A stretch of 64,000 nucleotides of DNA from a virus (taxonomy: Duplodnaviria > Caudoviricetes), in IMG/VR virus record IMGVR_UViG_3300035208_005856, positions 1-64,000 of that record; one strand, given 5' to 3'. A program made the translations under genes and the position numbers. This document shows, piece after piece, positions 17,775 to 28,398 of this stretch. Position 1 is the stretch's first letter. Every line of letters starts with the position of its first letter. The notes below the pieces were generated by a model. The model did not search any database. It was not told where the DNA came from and saw only the letters and a list, made by a program, of their open reading frames with translations.

Positions 17775-19148
17775 ATGAATAATAACCCGGATATATTAAG
17801 CATCCTGCCAAACGATTTTGAGTTAGAGCAAATAGTTCTAGGTCAATTACTTGTTAAGCCTGAGTTAATAGCCGAATCTAAATACAATGAAATAGATATG
17901 TCTCCTAATGACTTCTATTACGAGAGTCACCAACTTATATACCGGTCTATGCTCAGTATTGAGAGTGATGATGATTTTGATTTTGATATACTCGGAATAT
18001 CTGAAAATCTTAGGGCTGATAACCTATTGGAGAGAGTTGGTGGCCGGGAGTATATTAATAACATTGCACTCTTGGCGGTATCAACACAGAATTTTAATTT
18101 CTATGCAAAAAAAATAAAAGACTTGGCTATCAGGCGCAATATTATAACTCACGGACAAGCCCTTATTAATAGTTCGGCAACGCCCGGAACTAAATTAGAA
18201 GAAATATATAATTCAATTATAAACATGCCTAACTCTGTCATTCCAGAGCAAAAAGAAGGCAAAAGAACCTGGAAGGATATGGTAAATGATTTCAGGCTCA
18301 CACTAGGCACTGATATGACTATAGGTAGGCCAAAGACTGGTGCTACTAAATTAGATAATATGCTTGGCTGCTTTTTTTCTCAACAACTATACTATATAGC
18401 CGCAAGACCTTCTGTTGGTAAGTCTAGTTTCATGCTCTGGATGCTTTATAACATGATAACGCAGCAGGATATGAATGTAATTTTATTTAGTCTCGAAATG
18501 TCCGAGAGAGAGATAATGGCTAAAAAGCTAGCTAGAGAGACACGTATAGATAGTCAGAAAATATTCCTTGGTAAAGCAACTTCTGAGGCCGAAATTAAAA
18601 AACTAGCAGAGAGTCTTGATAGACTGGATAGATACGACCAAAAACTTATTCTAGATACTGACACGGATACAACTCCAGGTAAAGTAATATCAGTACTCAA
18701 AAAAAATAAAAAGGATGGAATAAAGACTGATATAGTCTTTATTGATCATATCCATATAATGATTGATGACAAGGAACATATTAATCAAAATGAGTTACTA
18801 GCCGAGACGAGTAGAAGGCTTAAAAATATTGCCAAGGCCTTTGATATTCCTATAGTAGTTTGTGTGCAACTTAATAGAAATAATGAATCACGTAACAACA
18901 AAGTACCGTGTATGGCCGATCTAAGAGGCAGTGGGTCGCTAGAACAAAACGCAAATGTTATAATGTTTCTACACTCAGATGCCTATAACGAAAGGAATGA
19001 TCTAGAAAAAACAGATAACCAAGGGAATGTAGAGGATATTAAGGTGTTGATAGAAAAAAATAGGAATGGTCCTACTGGAATAGCGGATTTTTCTTTTGTA
19101 AAACAACTCTGTCAATTTATTGAAAATAATGAAAAGCAAAACGGATAA
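17775..19148 (+). CDS. dnaB: Replicative DNA helicase
   Basis: DnaB N-domain, AARPSVGKS, FSLEMS, IDHI, QLNR, DLRGSGSLEQ, KNRNGPTG. Confidence 0.95.
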   Translation: MNNNPDILSILPNDFELEQIVLGQLLVKPELIAESKYNEIDMSPNDFYYESHQLIYRSMLSIESDDDFDFDILGISENLRADNLLERVGGREYINNIALLAVSTQNFNFYAKKIKDLAIRRNIITHGQALINSSATPGTKLEEIYNSIINMPNSVIPEQKEGKRTWKDMVNDFRLTLGTDMTIGRPKTGATKLDNMLGCFFSQQLYYIAARPSVGKSSFMLWMLYNMITQQDMNVILFSLEMSEREIMAKKLARETRIDSQKIFLGKATSEAEIKKLAESLDRLDRYDQKLILDTDTDTTPGKVISVLKKNKKDGIKTDIVFIDHIHIMIDDKEHINQNELLAETSRRLKNIAKAFDIPIVVCVQLNRNNESRNNKVPCMADLRGSGSLEQNANVIMFLHSDAYNERNDLEKTDNQGNVEDIKVLIEKNRNGPTGIADFSFVKQLCQFIENNEKQNG

Positions 19149-19157
19149 TGTTATAAT
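19149..19157 (+). promoter_or_regulatory. Extended -10 promoter (TGtTATAAT) upstream of the recombination cluster
   Basis: Perfect TGnTATAAT just after the dnaB stop, 21 nt before ATG 19179. Confidence 0.55.
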
Positions 19158-19178
19158 AGAAAGAAAGGGGAACAGGAG

Positions 19179-20804
19179 ATGGAAAAAGGATTCAAAGACA
19201 TAGTAAAAGACTTGAATAGGGAAAACCTGTATGACAAAATTCAAGAACTAAAAAAAGAAGGGTACTATACTGACTTAATCACAGAAATAAGTCCAAAGAC
19301 TATAATACCTGATTTCGTATCACCAAAGCTTCTGTTATTTACTATTAAGCCAGAGGCTTTGTATCAGCCTTCCAACGACGCAAATAAAAATTGTTTTTCG
19401 TCAGCGGCCATAATTCAGTTCTTTAATGCCATAGGTGGGGAAATACTTGATCCTACTTATCAGTATATAAAAAGGCCTCCAAGCTATGATGCCGCTAAAA
19501 AACCTATCAATGAGAACGAATGGCAATATATTGCCGGGATAAGATGGATGACTATTTTTGGAATAAAACCAAGTAACGACAAGTATATAAAAGAATCTAT
19601 TTTAATAAAAGATAGAATAACTAATACTAATACGGATGTAACCAAGAGGAAAGATCACCAAAAAAATATGACAAAAACCTTAGCCAGAGTTATCAGGACT
19701 TATTGTTTTCCTCACTCTCCATTCCCCAAAGAGGCAGTATTAAAAAAAGGCGTAATAGTGTTAATGACTGAATTTGATAAAACAACAACAAATTTAGCCA
19801 TGAGAGATTTTATCGAAAAAAAAGAGATGGAATCTTTTGGATTTTTTTCTCAGAAAGAAAACACCCCAATGCCTATCGAGTCAGTTGTTAATAATATAAC
19901 AAACACTGGAATACCTTCAGAATACGAAGATGATGATATAGAGGACTATGGAGAAGAAGATGGGCCTAATGAATCAGTGGTTGTAGTGGAAGAGCATAAA
20001 AAAGATAATCCTGAAATCATTTCATTAAAAGAAAGTATATACAAATATGGAAGATTACTTGAGTGGACTGATAGTCAAATTATATCCGCCGGTCTTAATC
20101 AAGGATGTGATTTTGAGACAGGAGACAAGGTTGATTTCATAACCTATAGAGATTTTCTAAAAATGTGCTATGAGGACAAGGTTGCAGAAGAAAAAAATAA
20201 AAAAGCTAAAGAAGAGCAGCAAAATAAAACTAAGACCGAAGAAAAAAAGACAGATCCAGTTACTGCCACAGGCGAACAAAAAAAAGAATCCGAGTCAACC
20301 CCTGAACTAGGTAAGGCAGATATAAACAAAGATATTAGCGTAAACGCCCATGGCACATGGCTGTATAAGGGTATGGAATTTGACAAACTTGATCCACTTC
20401 AAGTAACAGCCTTTAGGTCCCAAATGAACGCAATAAGAACTCAGTTCTTTACTGCCTATAAAGAAAGCAAAGTAGAAGGCCAAGAAAATTCTTTAAAATT
20501 ATTTAACGCCTCAATAATGCCTGAGCTTATGTTGTTACCTGATAGATTTATTTTAGAGCTCTATAATTATGTCCTTAAGCAATTTAAATACAAAATAGAG
20601 ATAACCAATGACTATAATCAAGATATAATAAATATTTTTAACTCAGACGAAAGTCAAGAAAAACTAGCTTTAGGACATAAAGTTAGCCAAGCAATTATTT
20701 CAACAATTAAAAGCAAGACCTTGAGTGGACTAACAAATACCAATAATATTAAGGAAAGATTTTTAAGAATTGAAGAGTCGGCAAAACAAAAAAAAGAGGG
20801 GTAG
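19179..20804 (+). CDS. Hypothetical protein (possible recombination/annealing protein)
   Basis: 541-aa ORF with acidic linker upstream of sbcD; function inferred from position only. Confidence 0.5.
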   Translation: MEKGFKDIVKDLNRENLYDKIQELKKEGYYTDLITEISPKTIIPDFVSPKLLLFTIKPEALYQPSNDANKNCFSSAAIIQFFNAIGGEILDPTYQYIKRPPSYDAAKKPINENEWQYIAGIRWMTIFGIKPSNDKYIKESILIKDRITNTNTDVTKRKDHQKNMTKTLARVIRTYCFPHSPFPKEAVLKKGVIVLMTEFDKTTTNLAMRDFIEKKEMESFGFFSQKENTPMPIESVVNNITNTGIPSEYEDDDIEDYGEEDGPNESVVVVEEHKKDNPEIISLKESIYKYGRLLEWTDSQIISAGLNQGCDFETGDKVDFITYRDFLKMCYEDKVAEEKNKKAKEEQQNKTKTEEKKTDPVTATGEQKKESESTPELGKADINKDISVNAHGTWLYKGMEFDKLDPLQVTAFRSQMNAIRTQFFTAYKESKVEGQENSLKLFNASIMPELMLLPDRFILELYNYVLKQFKYKIEITNDYNQDIINIFNSDESQEKLALGHKVSQAIISTIKSKTLSGLTNTNNIKERFLRIEESAKQKKEG

Positions 20805-20810
20805 GGGCCA

Positions 20811-21902
20811 GTGATTAAAAAACTATTACATACAGCAGATTGGCATTTGTCAGCAGACGACATAGAAGAAAAAATAAGATGCTGTTCTGAAATAATTAAT
20901 TATGCTAACACCCATGGCATTGACCTAATAGTTATTTCGGGTGACGTATTTGATAAAAATCCTTCGCCTTCTGACACCATGGCATTAGTTCAAATTCTAT
21001 CTCTATCGGAAGTAGATGTTATTATAGTGTATGGAAATCATGACACTAATAAATCTCTTGATTTCCTTCCATATCTCAAGACAAAGATTACAGTAGTGAA
21101 AGAAATAACCCCGGAGCCTGTGACAGTTAATGGCATCAATTGCTATTGCCTTCCTCATGTTCCAAAAGCTAAAATAAATACGCAACAAGATGGCATAAAA
21201 GAGAGTAATAGAGACATTAGCCAGGCCCTACAAAAAGTTATTACCTCGTGGCAGGCTAATGCCAAAAAAGGAGCAAATGTTATAATTGGACACCTTAATT
21301 TAATTGGCTGCAAACTTCCTGGTGGTCAAATTCCAATGGGAGCCAGTATTGAAGTTGATCCCTCTCTGGTTAGTGACAAAATACCGGTATTGGCCGGCCA
21401 TATTCATAAATGGCAAGTACTGGGCTCTTGTTTTTATTCAGGGTCCCCTACTCGTCAGACGTTTGATGACTTAGAGGATAAAGGATTTTATGTTTTTGAA
21501 ATTGATGACGAGACAGGAGAATATCAGTGGGAGAGTGTACAGCTAAATACTCGTATGCTTTATTCCCTAGGCGGCGAATGGGATGGAGCCAAGTGGCAAA
21601 TAGAGAACCAGGTTAATGACTTTGGGGGTTGTAGAGTTAAATTCAAATACAGGGTTAAACGAAGTCATATACCGAGTATAGATTACAAACAACTTAACGA
21701 CTATTTTAAGGCTAAAAACGTAGGTGCCCTTAAGCTAGAAAGAGTAGTGGAACAGGATATAAGCGCAAGGCACGAAGAGATATCAAGAACCTTTGGACCA
21801 AGATGTAAACTTAGACTGTGGCAAGAGATACATGGCGAGCCAGAAGATAACGAAACTGTATTTACTCTTCTTGATACGCTATTGGAGGAGGTAGGGTGCT
21901 AG
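20811..21902 (+). CDS. sbcD: SbcD/Mre11 nuclease
   Basis: HTADWHL, SGDVFD, GNHD, AGHIH, YSGSP. Confidence 0.92.
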   Translation: MIKKLLHTADWHLSADDIEEKIRCCSEIINYANTHGIDLIVISGDVFDKNPSPSDTMALVQILSLSEVDVIIVYGNHDTNKSLDFLPYLKTKITVVKEITPEPVTVNGINCYCLPHVPKAKINTQQDGIKESNRDISQALQKVITSWQANAKKGANVIIGHLNLIGCKLPGGQIPMGASIEVDPSLVSDKIPVLAGHIHKWQVLGSCFYSGSPTRQTFDDLEDKGFYVFEIDDETGEYQWESVQLNTRMLYSLGGEWDGAKWQIENQVNDFGGCRVKFKYRVKRSHIPSIDYKQLNDYFKAKNVGALKLERVVEQDISARHEEISRTFGPRCKLRLWQEIHGEPEDNETVFTLLDTLLEEVGC

Positions 21903-22654
21903 ATAAAAACACAATACACTTAGGTGATTGCCTTGAAATAATGCCACATATAGAAGACAAAAGCGTCGATATGATTTTATGTGATCTTCCTTATGGTACT
22001 ACAGCCTGTAAATGGGATGTAATCATACCTTTTGAACCACTTTGGGAACAGTATAAACGTATAATCAAGGATAATGGAGCTATAGTACTGTTCGGTAGCC
22101 AACCATTTACATCTATGCTAGTAATGAGTAATTTAAAAATGTTTAAATATGAATGGACGTGGAAGAAAAGTAGAAAAACAGGCCATTTTTTAGCAAAAAA
22201 ACAACCATTAAAAAAACATGAAAATATATTGTTATTTAGTAAAAAATCTGTTTTATATAATCCACAAGGTATAACATCATGTGACATTATTAAGAAGAAT
22301 ACAGAAGGTAGATTAAAAAGTAATTTATATGGTAATTTAAAAAATAAAAAAGATCATAATCAAATTATAACTAATTATCCAGATACTATTTTGGAATTTA
22401 ATAATGAACATAATATAAATGCTCATCCAACTCAAAAACCTGTAGCATTATTAGAATATCTTATAAAAACATATACCCAAGAAAATGAGTTGGTATTAGA
22501 TAATTGTGCTGGTAGCGGAAGCACTGGAATAGCTTGCATAAATACTAATAGGAATTATATTATGATAGAAAAAGAGCAAGAGTATTACGATATTATTCAA
22601 AAACGGATAAAGGAACACATAGAAAAAGATAAGCAGTTGGGATTGGAGTTATAG
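21896..22654 (+). CDS. Beta-class N4C/N6A DNA methyltransferase
   Basis: DLPYG, HPTQKP, LDNCAGSGST. Confidence 0.92.
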   Translation: MLDKNTIHLGDCLEIMPHIEDKSVDMILCDLPYGTTACKWDVIIPFEPLWEQYKRIIKDNGAIVLFGSQPFTSMLVMSNLKMFKYEWTWKKSRKTGHFLAKKQPLKKHENILLFSKKSVLYNPQGITSCDIIKKNTEGRLKSNLYGNLKNKKDHNQIITNYPDTILEFNNEHNINAHPTQKPVALLEYLIKTYTQENELVLDNCAGSGSTGIACINTNRNYIMIEKEQEYYDIIQKRIKEHIEKDKQLGLEL

Positions 22655-22657
22655 GAC

Positions 22658-25171
22658 ATGAAATTAAACAGTATTAGAATAAAGGGTATAGCTACGCTAA
22701 AAGACGTGTATTTGGATTTCGAGGAGTTGGGTGATGGCCTTCTTGCTGTCTGTGGAGAGAATGGCAGTGGAAAAACTACGTTACTGGAATGCATAGGTTA
22801 CGCCCTAATTGGTAAGCTTCCATCAAAAGACATTAATATATACGAACTGTGTTCAGAATCAGATGCCGTTATAGAACTAGATTATAATATCGAGACTAAT
22901 AATTATCGACACTTGATAAAAATAAATAGTCTTGATAAAAAAATGGAAGGCTTGATATACGTAAATAACGAAGTTGTTAATGACGGGAAGATAACCACTT
23001 ATAGAGAGTATTGTGAGAAACATATTACGACGGTAGAAACTTGGTTGGCATCTGTATTTTGCTCTCAAAATAATAGCCGGTCGTTTATAGACTTACCGGT
23101 AAAAGACCGAAAAGCTTTGTTTATAGATATGCTTGGCCTAAACAAGCTTGAGGATATTTCCCAGAAGGCGGCTGAGTACAAAACTCAGTACCAAAATGAA
23201 TTAAAGGCTATTGAGCTATCAGAGGGCTACTTGGATTTAAATGGCTTGGAGTTAGATGACTTGGTTACCGAAAGGCAAAAGAAAGAAACTGATAAGGTAA
23301 AAACCGAGGCCGAAATAAAAGGGTTAGAAGAGCAAAGAACGGAATTAGAAAAAAAATATTACGAGGTTCTTGAGGCAAAAAACAAAAAAGTTTCAGAGGT
23401 AGCAGAGTTAAAAGACCGTAGGATAAAAGCAGAAAGGGCCATAGCCAGAAGTGATGACCTCAGTAGAGAGCTGCGTATTAATAACTTGGTAATAGACGAG
23501 TCAAAAACTAACCTAGATGCCCTAACAAAAGAGCATGTATTAAAGACAGAAGAGCTTGAGTATCTTGATACTAACATAAGCTATTATCAAAATGAAATAA
23601 TGGGGCTTACGGCTAAAATTAATAACGAAACACAAGGCTATAGACAAGAGATAGAAGACGAAAGGTCTAAGTCCGAAAAAGAATTAAAGCTGTTGACTGA
23701 CGAGTTAAAATCTTATACCGATTTAATTACTCCTGCTAAAAGAGAATGCTACCGACTAGAGGTAGATGCCGAGGCATTGGGTATTGGATTCACAAAAGAC
23801 TTAAGTACGGCAGAAAAAGAATATGTTAAAGACTCAAGGCTTATAGCCGAACAAATATATGATCTCAAGGCCCAGGCTAAGACATTAGATTCATTGCCCT
23901 GTACCAATAAATTTAGCTCGGAATATGACGGATGTGAACTTAAGCAGAAATTTTTAAAGGCATATAATCAAATCCCGGAACTAGAAACTAAACTAACTCA
24001 TCTAAAAGATAATTACGATAAAGTCGTTGGGTATAAAACCGAAGAATACAAAGACAGAGAAGAGGCCAAAAACAAGGCATTGGCCGAGGCCAAGGAATAT
24101 TTAAAGTCTTTTGACACCAAGGTATCTGAGGTTAATAACAAAATAGAAAAGGCCCAAAATTCATTTAAGGATAAGGCTAAAACTTTAAATGGACTTATAA
24201 CTGATATCAACTTACGGCATAAAACTGATATGGAAGAATACAATTCTAATTTGGACACAGCTAAAAGCGATAAGGCTAAAGCCGGAACCGAGGTTAAGGC
24301 GTTGGCTAATCGCTGTTCTAGCTCCAAAAAAGACCTAGATAGACTAGAGTCAGAAACTAAGTCCATAGCCATAGAGTTAGAAAACTTAAGTAAATTAATT
24401 CCCGAAGATGGAGTTAATGCCTTAATTGAGGCCTATAACCAAACGGCTAAGGAGCTAGATGAATTAATAACCAAGCAGCAGGATATCACAAGAAAGGGAA
24501 AAGATGTAAAGGACGACATACACTACCAGGGGCTAAAGGTTTCTCAATGGACTATCGAGATGGCAATAATTGATAATAACATAAAAGCTATTGAGGCACA
24601 GGATTTAAAACGCAAAGAAATTGAAGTTCAAAAGGCTCAATGCCAGAAGCTATTAAACGCATATAACTACTTGGCAATAACTTTTGGTAGAAACGGAATA
24701 CAGGCTCTTGAAATAGATGCAGCCGGTCCGGCAATAAGTGAGTTATCAACGTCCTTGCTCGAAGAATGTTTTGGCAATAGATTCAATATTGAGTTTATTA
24801 CCGTCAAGCAAAAGGCTAAGAAAAAAGAGTACAAAGAGGTCTTTGATATTATTGTTCACGACACAAAGAATAACCACAGTGGTGATATAAAAGAATTTTC
24901 GGGTGGAGAAAAAGCTATACTGTCTATTGCCATACAATTGGCATTGAGTCTGTATAAGGCCGGTATTAATACCCGTTTTAAAACACTGTTCTTTGATGAG
25001 ATTACGAGCTCGTTGTCAGAAGACAACGGACATAAATGCGTGACCATGCTGGGCAAAGCCAGGGTTATCGGCGATTTTAATAACATAATATTTTCTACGC
25101 ATAACTCAGGGGCAGCGGCGTTGGCCGACAACTGTATTAGAATAGAGGAGTTACAACCGAAAGGAGATTAA
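22658..25171 (+). CDS. sbcC: SbcC/Rad50 ATPase
   Basis: GENGSGKTT, long coiled coil, FSGGE, FFDE, STH. Confidence 0.92.
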   Translation: MKLNSIRIKGIATLKDVYLDFEELGDGLLAVCGENGSGKTTLLECIGYALIGKLPSKDINIYELCSESDAVIELDYNIETNNYRHLIKINSLDKKMEGLIYVNNEVVNDGKITTYREYCEKHITTVETWLASVFCSQNNSRSFIDLPVKDRKALFIDMLGLNKLEDISQKAAEYKTQYQNELKAIELSEGYLDLNGLELDDLVTERQKKETDKVKTEAEIKGLEEQRTELEKKYYEVLEAKNKKVSEVAELKDRRIKAERAIARSDDLSRELRINNLVIDESKTNLDALTKEHVLKTEELEYLDTNISYYQNEIMGLTAKINNETQGYRQEIEDERSKSEKELKLLTDELKSYTDLITPAKRECYRLEVDAEALGIGFTKDLSTAEKEYVKDSRLIAEQIYDLKAQAKTLDSLPCTNKFSSEYDGCELKQKFLKAYNQIPELETKLTHLKDNYDKVVGYKTEEYKDREEAKNKALAEAKEYLKSFDTKVSEVNNKIEKAQNSFKDKAKTLNGLITDINLRHKTDMEEYNSNLDTAKSDKAKAGTEVKALANRCSSSKKDLDRLESETKSIAIELENLSKLIPEDGVNALIEAYNQTAKELDELITKQQDITRKGKDVKDDIHYQGLKVSQWTIEMAIIDNNIKAIEAQDLKRKEIEVQKAQCQKLLNAYNYLAITFGRNGIQALEIDAAGPAISELSTSLLEECFGNRFNIEFITVKQKAKKKEYKEVFDIIVHDTKNNHSGDIKEFSGGEKAILSIAIQLALSLYKAGINTRFKTLFFDEITSSLSEDNGHKCVTMLGKARVIGDFNNIIFSTHNSGAAALADNCIRIEELQPKGD

Positions 25172-25690
25172 ATGACTATAAATCAAGTACTTACTACTAT
25201 TTTTGTTTTTAAAGAAGAGGGAAGGTTAATTTCCAACAACCCAGATCATCTTCAAAAACTAATGTATTTTTATAAATATACTGGATATGACTTTAGATCG
25301 GACGTAAGAGGTCCTTATAGTAATCAACTGTATGAAGACATTGAAAAAGCAATTAGAGATAAATTAATAAGAATAACAAAGAAAAAAATAAAAATATTAA
25401 AAGATGGGTTTAAATTAATGGTTGTGTGTATGAATGATTTTATAAAAGACAAAAACGCAGCATACGAATTGTATAAAACTTTCTCTAAATATTCTATTAA
25501 CGATCTGACTTTGTTAACAACTGTTCATTCATGTGCCCATAGTCTATATTCTATTCATAAGATAAATGATATTAGAAAAATAATAGAAACAGTTAAATCT
25601 ATTCAAAGTCGGCCCTTTACCGATGATCAAATAAATAGTGCTATTGTAGCACTACAGGAGTTGGAACTTTTATCAAAGGAGATTAATTAA
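25172..25690 (+). CDS. YwgA/SocA(Panacea)-like protein
   Basis: LQKLMYF...YDF....RGPYS.QLYEDI motif. Confidence 0.5.
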   Translation: MTINQVLTTIFVFKEEGRLISNNPDHLQKLMYFYKYTGYDFRSDVRGPYSNQLYEDIEKAIRDKLIRITKKKIKILKDGFKLMVVCMNDFIKDKNAAYELYKTFSKYSINDLTLLTTVHSCAHSLYSIHKINDIRKIIETVKSIQSRPFTDDQINSAIVALQELELLSKEIN

Positions 25691-25691
25691 G

Positions 25692-26078
25692 ATGTCAGAA
25701 AACAAATCTTACGGCGTCAATGAAATGTATTGCCAAAAAGTGCAGGTTACTGGAAACCTGACAAAAAACTTAAAAGACGAAAATACTGTATGTTTTCCAG
25801 ATGGATCTACACTAACCACTTTTGATATAGCACTTGGGGGCATGGACAAGTGGAGTAAAAAAACTCAGGCATATGTAAGACAAACATTATTTAAAAAAAT
25901 AAGACAATTTAATATGAATCCAGATACGTTAGCAAAACTGGCAAAGGGTGTAAAAGTAGCGGTTGATGGATATATCCGACGGGATTTAGACTGGGAAAAG
26001 CAAGGCCAACCAATGGAAGGCCAAGAATATTACGAAGCCTTTAATGTCAGAATCCTTAGCGGCAAAAAGGAAAGTTAG
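25692..26078 (+). CDS. ssb: Single-stranded DNA-binding protein (OB fold, no acidic tail)
   Basis: VQVTGNLTK, FDIA, KGVKVAVDGYIR...WEKQGQ. Confidence 0.65.
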   Translation: MSENKSYGVNEMYCQKVQVTGNLTKNLKDENTVCFPDGSTLTTFDIALGGMDKWSKKTQAYVRQTLFKKIRQFNMNPDTLAKLAKGVKVAVDGYIRRDLDWEKQGQPMEGQEYYEAFNVRILSGKKES

Positions 26079-26492
26079 GATTGAAAACAGACTTTATAAT
26101 GTCTTGCCAACAGGCAATAAAGGCATATAACTCTTGCAGTTATTGTCTGTTTGAAGACGGAAATAGACCAAAGGCTATTGCCGCTATATCTTTTCACAAC
26201 AAACAAGCCAATGGCAAAGAGCTGGTTCATAGCCTATGCTATGAAGAAATATGGCTTGCCGTTAACGTAACTCAGCACGTTGATGGCATCGGCTGGGGCT
26301 ATGTTATGAAATATACTATTAACGGACTTGAGTTAAAAGATCATCATCAACAAAAGAGGGATAGAGTTAAACAAACTTATATTCTTTTCAGCAAAGTTCT
26401 TAAGTACGTTATTAATAAAAATCTAATGGCAAAAATCAACTCCAAGTCCGAGCTAATAGCAGAGGGAATCAGGATGAGGAGGTTATTCAAGG

Positions 26493-26672
26493 GTGATAAC
26501 TAAAAAACAAATAGGGCAAATTAAAAAATGTCAAAAACTATGCGAGATGCCCGACGACGAATATCGGGATTTTTTAAAATCTAATTACAACGCCGGATCG
26601 TGTAAGGATCTGACTTTTGAACAGGCACATGATTTTATAACATACTTAATGAGATTGGGAGCAATAGAATGA
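26493..26672 (+). CDS. GemA/Mu gp16-like (DUF1018) small protein
   Basis: Manual translation MITKKQIGQIKKCQKLCEMPDDEYRDFLKSNYNAGSCKDLTFEQAHDFITYLMRLGAIE; DD.YR..L.....S.KDL pattern; GGAGG upstream. Confidence 0.65.
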   Translation: MITKKQIGQIKKCQKLCEMPDDEYRDFLKSNYNAGSCKDLTFEQAHDFITYLMRLGAIE

Positions 26673-27295
26673 AAATAATAACACTTAATGACGAGGTAAT
26701 AAATACAGAAGGTGCAATACTTATAGGAGGAGACAGGGACAAAGATTTATTAATCCTCCAATGGCCTCTTACTCGATATAATATCGTAGAAGGAAAAGAG
26801 AATCTTATTTCTTTTCATGCTAAGTTAGGAACTACGACGGCAGAAGAATTTGATAAAGCTTATGATCAAATTTTGACGGCCATAGCCTATAGCCAAAGCG
26901 TTTGTATTTTACACCTTGCTCCAGAGAAAGATTTTAAGTTTAATCCAGATAAGAATATAACTTATGTAATCAGAGAAGATAGTTTTTGTGATAAGCTACT
27001 CTGTTTTATAACAGACAGTGCTTCGTTAATAGATAAATATATCCTTAATAAGATAAAAATACCAAAAATTAAAACAGAGGGCAATAACAGTGCTTAGGTA
27101 AATAGTTTATAACCACGGGATTAATCTTATAACCCAGACCTAAATAAAGATACCCTAGCCTCTTGTGCGTGTAACAATTTGTTAATAACTTAAGATATTG
27201 TTAGATAATTTTTATTTTAGATAGAAGCAGTAGTAAAATTGAAAATTTACCGTTCGGTAATATTCCCTGGAATATAACGATAATAACGAAAAAAT

Positions 27296-27907
27296 TTACC
27301 GATCGGGAATTAAATCTAAAGTCTTATTAATCTTATCTTTTGCCTCTACTAATTTAGTTTTAAGCTCAAAAACGTCTAAGTTATTAGCCACTTCAATTTT
27401 TGCCCTTAATTCTCTGTTATCATCGTCCCCTGTCTTATTCTCTGAAAAAAGCCACTGAATAAGAAATTGAATCTTAGGATCTATTTGCGACAAGCTATAT
27501 ACTTCTTGAGTGCTTTCGTTATCAGAAAACAGGTCGTAGTTCATAAACAGGACTACATTCTCGCCTTTGTCATCTAACAGGTAATGTCTTTCACATACGC
27601 CGTCGTCAGCTACCGTCTGTAGGCCTTCACTAAAAGCCGGATCGTTTTCTATGTACTCAAAAGGTTGCCATCCTTTTTCTTCTTCTAGATATAATTCTAC
27701 AGTCTCTTTAAAATCTGTAGCAAAATCATCTAAAAACTTACCTTCGTACATGTATAAATTACCAGAGGGCGTTGCTAGTTTGCCATGGTAACAGTTATCT
27801 TCTTTTGACCATTCAATGGTGCCATTAACTCCCCTATAGGTAATAATTGTAGCGTCGTTGTTTAGAACTACCCCATCTAAGGGCCTTTGTGGTTTTGAAA
27901 AACTCAT
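27296..27907 (-). CDS. HicB-like antitoxin domain fused to unknown C-terminal region
   Basis: YRGVNGTIEWSKEDNCYHGKL...YEG...DFKETVELYLE matches the HicB N-terminal domain pattern. Confidence 0.6.
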   Translation of the reverse strand: MSFSKPQRPLDGVVLNNDATIITYRGVNGTIEWSKEDNCYHGKLATPSGNLYMYEGKFLDDFATDFKETVELYLEEEKGWQPFEYIENDPAFSEGLQTVADDGVCERHYLLDDKGENVVLFMNYDLFSDNESTQEVYSLSQIDPKIQFLIQWLFSENKTGDDDNRELRAKIEVANNLDVFELKTKLVEAKDKINKTLDLIPDR

Positions 27908-28398
27908 TTTGTGTCGCCTCCAAACATCTTAACAAAATCAGCCATAAACCCATTGCCACTAACTACCATTTTTTCTACTTCGGGTTCTGTTCCATAATAT
28001 TTCTTTTTACACTCAGGACATTGCCAGTCCATAACTCCAAGCTTTTCGCTTGAATCAAACGGCTTGTGACAAAATTCACATGGAAATGTGTACATTATTT
28101 ATTTCCTTCCTTTGTTATAAGCGACTCAAGGCTATTAATAGTAGCCATGTATTCAGTTATTAACTGGTTTATAAATTCTATCTTTTGTCGGCTACAATGA
28201 AAGACCTGAAGTATGTGTTTATAGTTTTGAGGATGCATGGGTATTGAATGTCTTACGACATCAGCTTCAGGATGTCTGTTTAAGTACTTGTCAGTAGCCT
28301 GCCAATATTCCTTTACCTCAATCCCTAAATTTCTAGCCTCGTCCCTAATGAATTTTTCAGTAGTAGGCAGCGGATCAATAACTTTTAAATAACATCTT

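Noticed and set aside
23880-23945. SbcC lacks a canonical CXXC zinc hook (C-x10-C instead), possible pseudogene
   Set aside because: The ORF and all ATPase motifs are intact; a variant hook is more likely.
27098-27295. Origin, dif site or bidirectional terminator at the strand convergence
   Set aside because: Only a short palindrome (TTACCG-tt-CGGTAA) in AT-rich DNA; no iterons or convincing consensus.
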